64,000 nt of DNA from an uncultured Candidatus Rokubacteria bacterium (GCA_963758635.1 CAVWWD010000008.1:864001-928000), one strand, 5' to 3'; counted from the stretch's first letter, positions 20,587-32,000 are shown. Notes: a model not told the origin generated them from the sequence alone. Program-made: numbers and translations.

Positions 20587-21929
20587 ACGAGCAGACGGGC
20601 GCGCTCGACGTGGCGCGCGATGGCCCGGCTCACCTGGGCGGCATCCGCCGGCAGCTCCACGGGCACGTTCTTGTGCGCGGGCTTGATCCCGGGGAGCGAG
20701 CCCATGTGATAGGAGGCCTTCTGGTCGGCGAACTTGAGCCCGTTCGCCGTCGAGATCACCACCACGCGCTCGCCCGAGCGGATCAGCTTGCGGTCCACGA
20801 GCTTGCGCAGCGCGGCCAGCGCCACCCCGGTGTGCGGGCAGTTGAACATCCCGGTGCGGTCCGCGCGCGCCGCCTCGTCGGCCAGCTCCTGCTCGGAGGC
20901 CTGCTCCACCACGCCGTCGAAGCGCTGGAGCGCGCGGATCGCGCGCTTGACGCTCACCGGGTTGCCGATCTGGATCGACATGGCGAGGGTGGGCTCGGCC
21001 ACGATGGGCTCGAAGTGGCGGAAGCCGTCCACGTACGAGCGGTAGAGCGGGTTCGCGCGCTCGGCCTGGGCCAGGCAGATCCGCGGCAGGCGCTGGATCA
21101 GCCCGAGCTCCTTCATCATGAGGAACCCCTGACCGAGGGCGTGGACGTTGCCGAGGTTGCCGCCGGGGATCACCACCCAGTCCGGCACCTCCCAGTCGAA
21201 CTGCTGGACGATCTCGATGGCCACCGTCTTCTGGCCCTCGATGCGCAGGCTGTTCATCGAGTTGGCCAGGTAGAGGCGCGGGTCCTGTTTCGTGATCTCC
21301 TGGACCACGGCCATGCAGCCGTCGAAGTCGGTGTCGAGGGAGACGACGAGGGCGCCGTTGGCGAGCGGCTGGACGAGCTGGGCGATCGACACCTTGTTGC
21401 GCGGCAGCAGCACCACCGCGGGGATGCCCGCGGCCGCGCAGTACGCCCCGAGCGCGGCCGAGGTGTCGCCGCTCGACGCGCACGCCACCGCGTCGATGCC
21501 CACGCCGTCGGCCATCATCTGCTTCACCACGGAGACGAGGACAGTCATGCCGAGGTCCTTGAACGACCCCGTGTGCGAGTTCCCGCACTGCTTGACCCAC
21601 AGGTCTTCCACGTGGAGCTGCTTGCCGTAGCGGTCGGCCCAGAGGAGGTTCGAGCTGCCCTCGTAGGTCGACACGATGTTCTCGTTGTCGATGAAGGGGA
21701 CGACCCATTCCTTCTTGCCCCACACCCCGGAGCCGTAGGGATAGGTGTTGCGCCGGTAACGCTCGTCGAAGAGCTGCATCCATGCCGCGGCCGAGCGGCT
21801 GCGCAACGCCTCCACGTCGTGTTGGACCTCGAGGAGGTCCCCGCACGTGGGGCAGCGGTAGATGACCTCGAGGAGGCGGTACTCGCCCGGGCAGCCGTTG
21901 ATGCATGAAAACCACGCGTTGTAGCTCAT
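20583..21929 (-). CDS. thrC: Threonine synthase
   Basis: [10 protein letters not shown] (PLP Lys), [39 protein letters not shown]. Confidence 0.93.
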   Translation of the reverse strand: MSYNAWFSCINGCPGEYRLLEVIYRCPTCGDLLEVQHDVEALRSRSAAAWMQLFDERYRRNTYPYGSGVWGKKEWVVPFIDNENIVSTYEGSSNLLWADRYGKQLHVEDLWVKQCGNSHTGSFKDLGMTVLVSVVKQMMADGVGIDAVACASSGDTSAALGAYCAAAGIPAVVLLPRNKVSIAQLVQPLANGALVVSLDTDFDGCMAVVQEITKQDPRLYLANSMNSLRIEGQKTVAIEIVQQFDWEVPDWVVIPGGNLGNVHALGQGFLMMKELGLIQRLPRICLAQAERANPLYRSYVDGFRHFEPIVAEPTLAMSIQIGNPVSVKRAIRALQRFDGVVEQASEQELADEAARADRTGMFNCPHTGVALAALRKLVDRKLIRSGERVVVISTANGLKFADQKASYHMGSLPGIKPAHKNVPVELPADAAQVSRAIARHVERARLLV

Positions 21930-21972
21930 GGTCGCCTCAGTATAGCCCGGACCGCCACGGCGGCCGCCCGCC

Positions 21973-22578
21973 TCAGACGCCGGTGCCGAACCCTCCGGCG
22001 CCGCGCACGGTGACGGCCTCGCCCAGGTGTCCGATCGAGTGGAACAGCGCGATCCCACTCAGCACCGCGGCGCGCGGCCGCCCGGTGAACGTCTGCACCA
22101 TGCGATCGGTGCGCGAGCCGAAGCCGCCGTCGGTCCCTGCCTGCTGGAGCCGCTCGGCGGTGGTCACGCCCTCCCAGTCCTGGGCCTTGAAGGCGCTCAC
22201 GTTCTCGCGGGTCCGCAGGCCGACGGCGTCCCGGTACTCGCGAAGCGCGCCGATGTCGATCCGGCCGGTGAGGTCGGACACCTCGGCGCTCGTCATGCCG
22301 ATCCCGAAGTCCTTCCGGTCGATGGCGAGGCGCTTCATCCACGCGTCGTCGAACACCTGGGGGCGCCCGACGAGCACCCGGTTGACCAGGATGTCCTCGG
22401 CACGCGCGATGTGCCACACGAGCCAGGCGATCGAGTTCAGGTCCTCGCGCGGGCGCACGCGCATCTGCTCGTCGGTGAGGCCGCCCAGCGTCCGCTCGGC
22501 GGCGGACATCTTGTTGCCGCCGACGGCGGCCGTGTGGGCGACGGCGTGCTGATCCAGGAACAGGTCTCGAGCGTCCAT
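21973..22578 (-). CDS. DinB family protein
   Basis: [15 protein letters not shown] ... HSIGHLGE. Confidence 0.85.
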   Translation of the reverse strand: MDARDLFLDQHAVAHTAAVGGNKMSAAERTLGGLTDEQMRVRPREDLNSIAWLVWHIARAEDILVNRVLVGRPQVFDDAWMKRLAIDRKDFGIGMTSAEVSDLTGRIDIGALREYRDAVGLRTRENVSAFKAQDWEGVTTAERLQQAGTDGGFGSRTDRMVQTFTGRPRAAVLSGIALFHSIGHLGEAVTVRGAGGFGTGV

Positions 22579-22665
22579 GCTTTCTCCTTCGGCTAGGGGT
22601 TCGAAGATGCGGATTCGGTTTCAGCGGCGGCACCGTGGGACACGCGGCTCGTGCCATCCACGCGC

Positions 22666-23067
22666 TCAGAGCCGATCTCGGCGCTCCACCAGCTTCCAGT
22701 AGGTGTCCTTGTTGAGGATCTTGTCGCCGCGGAACTCGTAGATGTCGCAGCCCTGGTAGTTCAGGTCCTCGCCGTCGGCGCTCCGGCCCGTCACCGTCCA
22801 CACCGACACCGCGCGGTCGCCCGCGACCCAGTGGTCGATGTGATCCCACCGCATGCCGCTGATGACGGCGAAGCGATCGGCGAGCACCTTGCGGATGGCC
22901 GCCGTGCCCTGCACGCGGCGCCCGCACGGCTCCGGCCCCCGGGCCATCAGGAACGTGGCGTCGTCCGCGAAGAAGCTCATGATGCGGTCGACGTCGCGGG
23001 CGTTGAACGCGGCGTTGATCGCGAGCAGCAGCTCGATGCTGGGGCCGGTGGCGACGGATGGGCTCAC
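22666..23067 (-). CDS. NTF2/SnoaL-like protein
   Basis: AFNARDVDRIMSFFADDA, GCDIYEFRGDKILNKDTYWK; RBS AAGGAG. Confidence 0.85.
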   Translation of the reverse strand: MSPSVATGPSIELLLAINAAFNARDVDRIMSFFADDATFLMARGPEPCGRRVQGTAAIRKVLADRFAVISGMRWDHIDHWVAGDRAVSVWTVTGRSADGEDLNYQGCDIYEFRGDKILNKDTYWKLVERRDRL

Positions 23068-23120
23068 GCGCGGTCTCCTTTCGACTCTCGCCCGCACTAT
23101 GCCGGCGGGGTCGGGAGGCG

Positions 23121-24306
23121 TCAAGCGGCGGCGAACAACGGGATGCGCGTGTTGACGGAGGCGCGGTAGGTCACGCCGTCGACCAGCCTCGCAGGCTCCA
23201 CACCCGCCGCGAGCAGACTCGCCACGCCGGCCTCCGCGATGGCCACGGCCAGCGCCTCGCCGGGGCACGCGTGAGGCCCGACGCCGAAGGTGAAGGCCTG
23301 GCGGTCCGGGCGCGACACGTCGAAGCGGTCGGGGCGGGGATTGGCCGACGGATCGCGGTTCGCCGCGGCGAGGATCACGCAGGATCGTCTCGCCCTCGAT
23401 CATGGGCTCGCCCGCGACGACCCCGTTGGCCCCGACGAAGCGGCGCGTGTTCTGCACGGGCGCGTCGAAGCGGGCCACCTCGCGAATCAGCGCCTCGAGG
23501 ACGCCGGGTCGCGCGGCGAGCTCGGCGCGCGCCTCGACGTGGCGGCCCAGGGCCACCAGCGTGTTGCCGATCAACCCGGCGGTGGCCTCGTAGGCCTGCG
23601 ACATGTAGCCGATGGTGTTGTCGGTGACGAGGTCCACGTGGAACTCGTCGTCGGGCCCCATCCCGCCGGCGAGGCTCGCGGCCAGACCGGTCGCGAGCCC
23701 GGCCGTTCCCGAGCCCGCGAGCAGGCCGCGGACCCGCTCGCGCAGGCGTCGCGCCGCGTCGGCGCCGCGCCGGAGCTCGGCGGGCGGGGCGCCGGGCGCC
23801 AGGCCGCGGACGAGATCGCCGAGGTCGTCGGCGCTGGCGTCGAGCGTCGCGGGAGCGAGGCCGACGAGGCTCGCCATCACCAGCGCGGGGAGCCGGAACG
23901 CGAAGTCGGCGAGGCGCTCCGGATGGGCGGCCGGGCTCATCCGCGCGACGAGCCCGTCCGCCGCGCGGCGCGCCTCCGCGGCTGCGGATCCCGGGTCCAG
24001 GGAGCTCACCGCCATCGACACCGCGCGCTTGAGTGGGTAGTGCCCCGGTCCGTCCGTCATGCGGACCAGGTGACGGAACAGCTCGCCGGCCGGGGAGCCG
24101 ACGAGCGCTCGCGGGACGGGCTCGGCCGCCGGCCGCACCCGGCACGTCTCGCCGGTGAGCACGGCGCGCACGGCGCCGGCGCCGGTGACGATCCAGAGCC
24201 CCAGCTCCTCGTCCCGCCGGATCGGCGCGACCTCGCGGAGCCTCGCGTAGTACGGGTACGGATCGGGATGCGTCACCGCCGCGATCGGGTCCCTGGGCTC
24301 GTTCAT
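23121..24306 (-). CDS. Cytochrome P450
   Basis: DPYPYYARLR, QAYEAT I-helix, EVARFDAPVQNTRR (ExxR), heme motif FGVGPHACPG. Frameshift near 23380. Confidence 0.9.
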
Positions 24307-24402
24307 CGCGTGCCTCCGCGGTCGCCGTCTGTCCGCCGCCCACATTGTGCCGGACCGGGCGGCGTCTTGTCGCGTCGGGGAGGGCGTGGCAGGATCGGCT
24401 CC

Positions 24403-25677
24403 GTGCATCACCTCTGCTTCCTCGAGCCCGGTCACTTCCACGCGACGCTCACGCTGCGCGAGCGGCACGCGGGCGTGAGCGACGAGGTGTTCGTGTACGC
24501 CGAGGACGGTCCGGAGCTCCGGGCGTTCCTCGCGCTGGTCGAGACCTTCAACACGCGCGCGGAGCGTCCGACGGCCTGGCGGACGACGGTGCGCGCGGGC
24601 GCGGACGCCCTCGGCCGTCTGCTCCGGGATCGGCCCGGCGACCTCGCCGTGCTCGCGGGCCGGAACGACCTCAAGGCGGGCTGGATGCGCCGCCTCCACG
24701 ACGCCGGCTTCGCCGTGCTCGCCGACAAGCCGTGGCTGACCGGCCCCGAGGGGCTGGAGGACGTGCGTCACGTGCTGGGCGGCGGGCCCGTCGCCATGGA
24801 GATGATGACCGGACGTCACGAGATCGCCACGGCGATCGAGGCGCGCCTCGTGGCCGCGCCCGGCATCTTCGGCGGCTGGGCCGACGACGCGGGGCCGGCG
24901 ATCCGGCTCGAGAGCGTCCACCACCTGGATAAGCGCGTGAACGGCGCGCCGCTCCGGCGGCCCGCGTGGTACTTCGACGTGCGCGCGCAGGGTGACGCGA
25001 TCGCCGACATCCCGACGCACCTCGTGGACCACGTCCAGCGCCTGGCGCCGGGCGAGGCGCTGGCCCTCGTGTCGGCGCGCCGCTGGCCGACCGTCGTCCC
25101 GCGCGAGGTGTTCGCGCGCATCACCGGCGTGTCCGAGTTCCCGTCCTCCCTGAGCGGCAGCGTGGAGGGTGGAGCGCTGGCCTACCTGGGGTGCGGCGAG
25201 CTCGAGTTCCGGGCCGGGCGCGTGCCGGTGCGATGCCGCGTGCGCTGGGACCTCACCGAGCCGCCAGGCGGAGGCGACAGCTCGCTCGTCCTGCTGCGTG
25301 GCCGCCGGGCGGACGTGCGCGTGGAGCAGAGCGCGCGCACGGGGTGGGCCCGCCGGCTGTCGGTGGAGCCGCGCGGCGGCGAGGGCCCGGCCGTCGAGGC
25401 CGCGCTCGGCGACGCGGTGGCGAGCTGGCAAGGCGAGTGGCCGGGGCTCGCGGTGGCGCGCCGCGACGGCACGCTCGACATCGCGATCCCCGCCGCGCTC
25501 CGCACGCCGCACGAGAGCCAGTTCGCGCGGGTGATGGACGACTTCGTCGGGCTGGTGGACGCGGCCGAGCCGCCGTCGCGTCGCGCCGCGGAGACCCTCG
25601 CCAAGTACGAGCTGCTCGCCCGCGCGATGTCGGCCTGTCGCACCGAGCGCGGGGCGCCCGCCCTCGCCGCCGACTGA
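24403..25677 (+). CDS. Gfo/Idh/MocA-like putative oxidoreductase
   Basis: EPGHFHATL, VLAGRN, LADKPW, MMTGRHE, SVHHL, RRPAWYFDV, DIPTHLVD. Confidence 0.78.
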   Translation: MHHLCFLEPGHFHATLTLRERHAGVSDEVFVYAEDGPELRAFLALVETFNTRAERPTAWRTTVRAGADALGRLLRDRPGDLAVLAGRNDLKAGWMRRLHDAGFAVLADKPWLTGPEGLEDVRHVLGGGPVAMEMMTGRHEIATAIEARLVAAPGIFGGWADDAGPAIRLESVHHLDKRVNGAPLRRPAWYFDVRAQGDAIADIPTHLVDHVQRLAPGEALALVSARRWPTVVPREVFARITGVSEFPSSLSGSVEGGALAYLGCGELEFRAGRVPVRCRVRWDLTEPPGGGDSSLVLLRGRRADVRVEQSARTGWARRLSVEPRGGEGPAVEAALGDAVASWQGEWPGLAVARRDGTLDIAIPAALRTPHESQFARVMDDFVGLVDAAEPPSRRAAETLAKYELLARAMSACRTERGAPALAAD

Positions 25678-25689
25678 GGCGGCCAGCGG

Positions 25690-28600
25690 TCAGGCGGCCG
25701 GACGCGGAGCCATGTCGGCGACCGCGGGGCGCCGATGGGCGGCGCGCTCGCGGAACCGCTCCAGGTACAGGTAGATGACCGGCGTGATGTAGAGCGTCAG
25801 GATCTGGGAGAGGATCAGGCCGCCGACCACGGCCAGCCCCAGCGAGCGGCGCGCGTCGGAGCCGGCCCCGAAGCCCACGGCGATGGGCAGCGTGCCCATC
25901 AGCGCGGCCATCGTCGTCATCATGATGGGCCGGAAGCGCAAGACGCAGCCCTGGTAGATCGCCTCGCCGGCGGGCTTGCCCGCGCGCTGCGCGTCGATGG
26001 CGAAGTCGATCATCATGATGGCGTTCTTCTTCACGATGCCCACCAGCATGATGATGCCCACGAAGCCGTAGAGGTTCAGCTCGTAGCCGAAGATCAGCAG
26101 GGTGAGGAGCGCGCCCACGCCCGCCGACGGCAGCCCGGACAGGATCGTCAGCGGGTGGATGAAGCTCTCGTAAAGGATGCCGAGGATCAGGTAGATCACC
26201 AGCACGGCGGCCACGAGCAGGAGCCCCATCCCCTGGAGCGAGCGCTCAAAGGCCTGCACCGTGCCCTGGAAGCTGGTGGTCAGCGTGGCGGGAAGCCGGA
26301 GGTCGCGCTCCACGCCGCGGATCCGCTCGACGGCATCGCCCAGGGCCACGCCCGGCCGGAGGTTGAACGAGACCGTCACCGCGGGGAGCTGGCCGAGGTG
26401 GTTGACGGTGAGCGGGCCCACCGTGCGCGTGAGCTTCGCCACCGCGCCCAGCGGCACGAGCTTGCCGGTGGAGGACCGGATGTAGAGCATCGACAGCGCG
26501 CTCGGGTCGCGCTGGTACTGCGGCAGGACCTCCATCATCACCCAGTACTGGTTGGTCGGCGTGTAGATCGTGGACACCTGGGGCGAGCCGTAGGCGCTGT
26601 TCAGCGCCGCCTCGATCTGCATCGCGGTCACGCCGAGGGCCGAGGCCTTCTCCCGGTCGATCTCCACCAGGACCTGCGGGCTTTTGATCTGCAGGTCGGA
26701 GTTCACGTCGAGGAAGCCGGGCAGCGCGCGCATGCGCTGGTGGAGGACGGGCGCCCAGTGGTAGAGCGTCTGGAGGTCGGCGTCCTGGAGCGTGTACTGG
26801 TACTGGCCCTTGGTGAGGTTGCCGCCGATGCGGATGGTGGGCAGCACCTGCGGGTACACGTTCATGCCCGGGATGCCCGTGAGCTTCTTCCGGAGATCCT
26901 GCACGATCTCGTCGGCGGTGGGCCGGTCGCGCGCGGGCACCAGGCGCATGAAGATGCGCCCGGTGTTCATGACCACGCTGGAGCCGCTCGCCCCGATGCC
27001 CGAGAAGAACGACTCGACGTAGGGCTGGGCCTGCACGATCCGCGCCGCCTGCACCTGGTGCTCGAGCATGGCGTCGAACGAGATGTCCTGCGCGGCCTCG
27101 GTGAAGGCGAACACCTGGCCGGTGTCCTCGTTGGGGATGAAGCCCTTGGGGATGACCACGAACAGGTAGCCGGTCAGCCCCACGGTCGCGAGGAACACCA
27201 CGAAGGTGATGCGAGGGTGGCGCAGGACGAGGGTCAGGCTCTTCTCGTAGGCGGCGAGCATGCCCGCGAAGACGCGCTCCGAGGCCGCGTACACCCGCCC
27301 GTGGGACGCGCGGGGCGGGCGGAGGAAGCGGCTGCACGCCATCGGCGTCAGCGTGAGCGACACGATGCCCGACACGATCACCGCGGCGCCGATGACCACC
27401 GCGAACTCGTGGAGGAGCCGCCCCACGATGCCGCCCATGAACAGCACGGGCAGGAACACCGCGGCGAGGGACGCGGTCATGGACACGATGGTGAAGCCGA
27501 TCTCGCGCGCGCCGACGAGGGCCGCCTCCATCCGGCTCTTGCCCTCCTCCATGTGCCGGACGATGTTCTCGAGCATCACGATGGCGTCGTCCACGATGAA
27601 GCCCACGGCCAGGGTCAGCGCCATCAGCGAGAGGTTGTCGATGGTGTAGCCGAGCACGTACATGACCATGAACGTGCCCACGATCGACATGGGCAGCGCG
27701 AGGCTCGGGATGAGCGTGGCCGACACGTTGCGGAGGAACAGGAAGATGACCAGCACGACGAGGGCCACGGCGAGCAGCAGCGTGAACTGCACGTCGTGCA
27801 CCGAGGCGCGGATGGACACCGAGCGGTCGTAGAGCGTGTTCAGGTTGACCGAGGCCGGGAGCTGGGCGCGGACCGCGGGAAGGATGCGGTTGATCGCGTC
27901 CACCACCTCGATGGTGTTGGTGCCGGGCTGCTTCTGGATGGCGAGCACCACCGCGCGCTCGTCCTTGTACCAGGAGGCGACCTTGTCGGTCTGCACGCCG
28001 TCGATGACCCGGCCGAGCTGCTCGAGCCGCACGGGCGAGCCGTTGCGGTAGGCCACGATGAGCGGCCGGTACGCGGCGGCGGTGGTGAGCTGGCCGGTGG
28101 CCTGCACGCTGAAGGCCTGGTTCGGCCCCCACAGCGTGCCGGTGGGCATGTTCACGTTGCTGTCGGCCAGCGCCTTCTGCACCTCGTCGATGCCGATGCC
28201 GAGGGTGGCCATCGCGCTCGGGTCGAGCTGGACCCGCACCGCGTACTTCTGCGAGCCGAAGATGCCGACCTGCGCCACGCCGGTGATGGTGGAGATGCGC
28301 TGGGCCAGGTTGGTCTGCGCGTACTCGTCCACCACGTAGAGGGGCAGGGTGGGCGAGCTGAGGGCCAGGTACAGGATCGGCTGGTCGGCCGGGTTGACCT
28401 TCTTGTACGAGGGCGGGGTCGGCATGCCGGGAGGCATCTGGGGCTGGGCGGCGGCGATCGCCGCCTGGACGTCCTGGGCCGCCGCGTCGATGTTCCGCTC
28501 GAGCGTGAACTGGATCGTGATCTGCGAGACGCCCAGCGCGCTCGTCGACGTCATCGAGTCGATGCCGGCGATGGTCGAGAACTGCTTCTCGAGCGGCGTG

Positions 28601-28788
28601 GCCACCGCCGAGGCCATGGTGTCCGGGCTCGCGCCGGGCAGGCTCGCCGTGACCTGGATGGTCGGGAAGTCCACGTTGGGCAGGTCGCTGACCGGGAGCA
28701 GCCGGTAGGCCATGATGCCGAACACGAGGATGCCCGCCATGAGGAGCGTCGTCATGACGGGGCGCCGGATGAAGAGGTCGGTGCTCAC
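25690..28788 (-). CDS. RND efflux permease (MdtB/MdtC-like)
   Basis: Intact 1032 aa; FIRRPV, LPVSDLPNVDFPTI, VDDAIVMLENI, GIVKKNAIMMIDFA, RFRPIMMTT. Confidence 0.95.
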   Translation of the reverse strand: MSTDLFIRRPVMTTLLMAGILVFGIMAYRLLPVSDLPNVDFPTIQVTASLPGASPDTMASAVATPLEKQFSTIAGIDSMTSTSALGVSQITIQFTLERNIDAAAQDVQAAIAAAQPQMPPGMPTPPSYKKVNPADQPILYLALSSPTLPLYVVDEYAQTNLAQRISTITGVAQVGIFGSQKYAVRVQLDPSAMATLGIGIDEVQKALADSNVNMPTGTLWGPNQAFSVQATGQLTTAAAYRPLIVAYRNGSPVRLEQLGRVIDGVQTDKVASWYKDERAVVLAIQKQPGTNTIEVVDAINRILPAVRAQLPASVNLNTLYDRSVSIRASVHDVQFTLLLAVALVVLVIFLFLRNVSATLIPSLALPMSIVGTFMVMYVLGYTIDNLSLMALTLAVGFIVDDAIVMLENIVRHMEEGKSRMEAALVGAREIGFTIVSMTASLAAVFLPVLFMGGIVGRLLHEFAVVIGAAVIVSGIVSLTLTPMACSRFLRPPRASHGRVYAASERVFAGMLAAYEKSLTLVLRHPRITFVVFLATVGLTGYLFVVIPKGFIPNEDTGQVFAFTEAAQDISFDAMLEHQVQAARIVQAQPYVESFFSGIGASGSSVVMNTGRIFMRLVPARDRPTADEIVQDLRKKLTGIPGMNVYPQVLPTIRIGGNLTKGQYQYTLQDADLQTLYHWAPVLHQRMRALPGFLDVNSDLQIKSPQVLVEIDREKASALGVTAMQIEAALNSAYGSPQVSTIYTPTNQYWVMMEVLPQYQRDPSALSMLYIRSSTGKLVPLGAVAKLTRTVGPLTVNHLGQLPAVTVSFNLRPGVALGDAVERIRGVERDLRLPATLTTSFQGTVQAFERSLQGMGLLLVAAVLVIYLILGILYESFIHPLTILSGLPSAGVGALLTLLIFGYELNLYGFVGIIMLVGIVKKNAIMMIDFAIDAQRAGKPAGEAIYQGCVLRFRPIMMTTMAALMGTLPIAVGFGAGSDARRSLGLAVVGGLILSQILTLYITPVIYLYLERFRERAAHRRPAVADMAPRPAA

Positions 28789-30098
28789 GGGCCCTTCTTC
28801 GCGGGCGCGGTCGGGGAGGAGGGCGCGGCCGCGGGGCGGGGGACGCCGGGGCCGGCGGCGCGGTCTTCACGTCCACGCGCGCCCCGGGCACGAGGCGGAG
28901 CTGGCCGTCCGTCACCACGCGCTCGCCGGCGGCGAGGCCGCTCGCCACCACCACGTCACGGCCGTCCGTGATGCCCGTCGTCACCGGGCGCGGCTCCACC
29001 GTCTGGTCGCTCTTCACCACGAAGACGTAGGCGCCCTGCTGCCCGCTCTGGACGGCCTGGGAGGGCACGACCAGGGCGCGCGGCTGGCGTGCGAGCGTGA
29101 GGGCGACGTTCACGAACTGGCCCGGCCAGAGGAGGTTCTCCGTGTTCTCGAAGGTCGCCTTGAGCTGGATGCTGCCGGTGGTGGGGTCCACGGTGTTGTT
29201 GATGAACGTGAGCCGGCCTCGCACGGTGCCGCCGGGCTGCCCGGTCACCGTGGCCTCCACCGGCAGCTCGCCCCCCACCTGATGGCGCTTGATCTGCTCG
29301 AGCTGCGCCTCGGGCACCGCGAAGGACACGTAGATCGGGTGGATCCGGTTGATCACGACCATGGGGTTGCCGACGTCGTTGGCCTTGACCACGTTGCCCT
29401 TGTGCAGGAGCAGGCTGCCCGTCCGTCCCGAGATCGGCGCGCGGATCTCCGTGTAGGAGAGCTGCACCCGCGCGTTCTCCACCGCGGCCTCGCCCGCGCG
29501 GACCAGCGCGCGCGCCGTCTCCACCGCGGCGCGGTCGGCCTCGAGGGTGGCCCCGAGGGCGAGCTCGGTGGTGCGGATCTGGTCGTACTGCTCCCGCGCG
29601 ATGAAGCCGCCCTCTACCAGCTTCCGGTACCGCTCCTCCTCGACCTTGGCGTTGCTGTGCTGGGCGGTGTCGCGCGCGAGGTTGGCCTCGGCCTGCTTCA
29701 CCGCCGCCTGGTACTGGGCCAGCGTGGCCTGCGCCTGGAGCAGCGCGGCCTGGACCGGGCGCGGGTCGATCGTGAAGAGCCGCGCGCCCGCCGAGACCTC
29801 CTCGCCCTCGGCGAACCCCACGTCCATCACCTCGCCGTTCAGCATGGAGAGGACGGACACGGTGGCGAGCGGCTGCACGTTGCCGATGGCGCGGACCTGC
29901 ACCGGCACGTCGCGCTGGGCGACCGTGGTCACCGTGACCGGCACCGCGGGCGCGGGCGCCGTGGCGGTCGCCGAGCCCGCACCGCGGTCGCACCCGGCCA
30001 GCGGCGGCGGTAAGCAGCGCGAGCGCGACGAGCCCGCACGGCAGCACCGCGCCGAGACGCGGCCGGGGAGCCGCCGTGTTCCCGCCGGGCGCCGTCAC
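28785..30098 (-). CDS. RND efflux periplasmic adaptor (MFP)
   Basis: VPVTV, QLSYTEIRAPISGRTG, LWPGQFV, VVTDGQLRL. Frameshifts near 29990 and 28830. Confidence 0.9.
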
Positions 30099-30724
30099 GC
30101 GCGCCTCCCGGAGAGCGCGGCGGAGAGCTCACGGAGGAACGCCGTCCAGTCCCGGTGGAACACGGCGTCCGACGAGGTCCGGCCCATCACGAGACGGGTC
30201 ACCTGGGGGAACACCAGGGGATAGGTGACGAGCCCGAGGATGGCGAGCAGGAGGAGGCGGGCGTCCAGGCCCGAGGGCAGCAGGCCGGCCTCCTGACGCG
30301 CGCGCAGGTCGGCGACGGAGCGGGCGAGCTGGGCCCGGCGCTCCGGCTCGCGTAGCACGGGCCCGTCTCCGTCCCCGAGGGCCTCCCACTGGATGAGGCG
30401 GATGAACTCGCGGTCGTCGCACGCCATGCGGAACCACGCCGCGAGGCTCTCGCCAAGCCCGGCCGGCGCCTCGGCGACCCAGCCCGACCGCTCCCGGAGC
30501 TTCCTGTCGAGGATCTCGCGGAAGAGGTCCTCCTTGTTGCCGAAGTAGTGGTAGAGCATCCGCTTGTTGGTCCTGGCGCGGCGGGCGATGCGCGCCACCC
30601 GCGCGCCGGCGAAGCCCTCGGCGGAGAACTCCGCGATGGCGGCGGCGAGGATGCGGTCGCGGGTTCGCTGCGGGTCGCGAGCGGGCCGGGCGGGGGAGCG
30701 CCGGGCGAGAGCGAGGGTCGGCAT
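30095..30724 (-). CDS. TetR/AcrR family transcriptional regulator
   Basis: TRDRILAAAIAEFSAEGFAGARVARIA...MLYHYFGNKEDL. Confidence 0.92.
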   Translation of the reverse strand: MPTLALARRSPARPARDPQRTRDRILAAAIAEFSAEGFAGARVARIARRARTNKRMLYHYFGNKEDLFREILDRKLRERSGWVAEAPAGLGESLAAWFRMACDDREFIRLIQWEALGDGDGPVLREPERRAQLARSVADLRARQEAGLLPSGLDARLLLLAILGLVTYPLVFPQVTRLVMGRTSSDAVFHRDWTAFLRELSAALSGRRA

Positions 30725-30738
30725 GACGCGATGGGGCC

Positions 30739-30767
30739 AGAGTAACCATCCGGATACTTCCGGTCAA
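30739..30767 (-). promoter_or_regulatory. Sigma70 promoter of the tetR-MFP-RND operon with overlapping palindromic operator
   Basis: Minus strand TTGACC-17 bp-TACTCT; imperfect palindrome AGTAACC-ATCC-GGATACT at 30741-30758. Confidence 0.65.
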
Positions 30768-30845
30768 GCGATCGCCGGCGGGGCCCGGACGGTAGGGCGG
30801 CGGCGCGGGCCGGACGGATGCGCCGGCGGCGTGGTCGCGGCGGGG

Positions 30846-32000
30846 TCAGCCGCCGGCCTGATACGAGATGCGGTAGATCCGGCCGGCCTTGTCGTCGGAG
30901 ACGAGGAGCGCGCCGTCGGGCATCACCAGCACGTCGGCGGGACGGCCCGACGCCACGCTGCCGCGAAGCCAGCCGGAGGCGAACGGCTCGTACGACGTCG
31001 CTCGGCCGCCCTCGACCTTCACGAACGTGACGCGGTAGCCGATGGGGGTGGACCGGTTCCACGACCCGTGCTCGGCGATGAAGATGCCGCCGCGGTACGG
31101 CTCGGGGAACATCCGCCCCGTGTAGAAGCGCATGCCGAGGGCGGCGACGTGCGGGCCGAGCGCGCGGGCGGGCGGCGTGAACTCCGCGCAGGCGCGCCGC
31201 GCGCCGAACTCGGGGTCGCGGAGCCCTTCGCCGTGGCAGTAGGGGAAGCCGAAGTGCTGGCCGGGCTGCGAGAGGTGGTTCAGCTCGTCGGGTGGCTGGT
31301 CGTCGCCCAGCCAGTCGCGTCCGTTGTCGGTGAACCAGAGGGCGCCGGTCTCGGGATGGAAGTCGAAGCCCACGCTGTTGCGGACGCCGCGCGCGACGAT
31401 CTCCGGGCGGCCGCCGCCCGCGAGGTCCACCCGCGTGATCGTCGTGTGCAGCGGGCCCGGCGGCTCGCACACGTTGCACGGCGCGCCCACCGGCACGTAG
31501 AGGCGGCCGTCGGGGCCGAACGCGATGAACTTCCAGCCGTGGTGCGTGTCGGACGGAAACGCGCTCGTGGCCACCTCGGGCCGGGGAGGGCGGCGGAGGT
31601 CCCGGGCCACGTCGGGGAAGCGCAGGATCCGGCTCACCTCGGCCACGTAGAGCGCGCCGTCGCGGAAGGCCACGCCGCTCGGCATGGTGAGGCCGCTCGC
31701 GATCAGGTGGACCTCGTCGGCGCGATGGTCGCCGTCGCGGTCGACCACGGCGTGCACCTTGCCCTCGCCCCGCGAGCCCACGAACAGCACGCCGGGCGGC
31801 CCGAGCGCCATCTGCCGCGCGTTCGGGACGGCGTCCGCGTAGACCGCGATGCGAAACCCGGGCGGGAGCGTGATGTCCGCCACCTCCGCCGCGGCGCTCG
31901 GGAGGAACCCGGCCAGGTAGCCACGGACGTAGCAGCCCATCACGACGACGCCGGCGAGGACGACCCCGATCAGCCCTCCGATGACGTGGACGCGTCGCAC
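30846..32000 (-). CDS. PQQ-dependent sugar / L-sorbosone dehydrogenase family
   Basis: HHGWKFIAFGPDG, GAPCNVC, GVRNSVGFDF, TDNGRD, EHGSWNRS, GRPADV. Confidence 0.9.
   Translation of the reverse strand: MRRVHVIGGLIGVVLAGVVVMGCYVRGYLAGFLPSAAAEVADITLPPGFRIAVYADAVPNARQMALGPPGVLFVGSRGEGKVHAVVDRDGDHRADEVHLIASGLTMPSGVAFRDGALYVAEVSRILRFPDVARDLRRPPRPEVATSAFPSDTHHGWKFIAFGPDGRLYVPVGAPCNVCEPPGPLHTTITRVDLAGGGRPEIVARGVRNSVGFDFHPETGALWFTDNGRDWLGDDQPPDELNHLSQPGQHFGFPYCHGEGLRDPEFGARRACAEFTPPARALGPHVAALGMRFYTGRMFPEPYRGGIFIAEHGSWNRSTPIGYRVTFVKVEGGRATSYEPFASGWLRGSVASGRPADVLVMPDGALLVSDDKAGRIYRISYQAGG

Noticed and set aside
22666..25512. 948-aa P450-SnoaL fusion and other long fusions in the ORF track (19327-21915, 44254-46251, 55592-58129)
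   Set aside because: Artefacts of stop-codon scarcity at high GC plus frameshifts; the component genes have their own starts and stops.
21973..25677. Natural-product cluster (P450, SnoaL, DinB, oxidoreductase)
   Set aside because: No core biosynthetic enzyme or precursor peptide is visible nearby.
25735..28971. Long antisense ORFs (1078 aa here; also 282-1637, 2870-5173, 13688-15217)
   Set aside because: Shadow ORFs opposite real genes, with no recognisable motifs.
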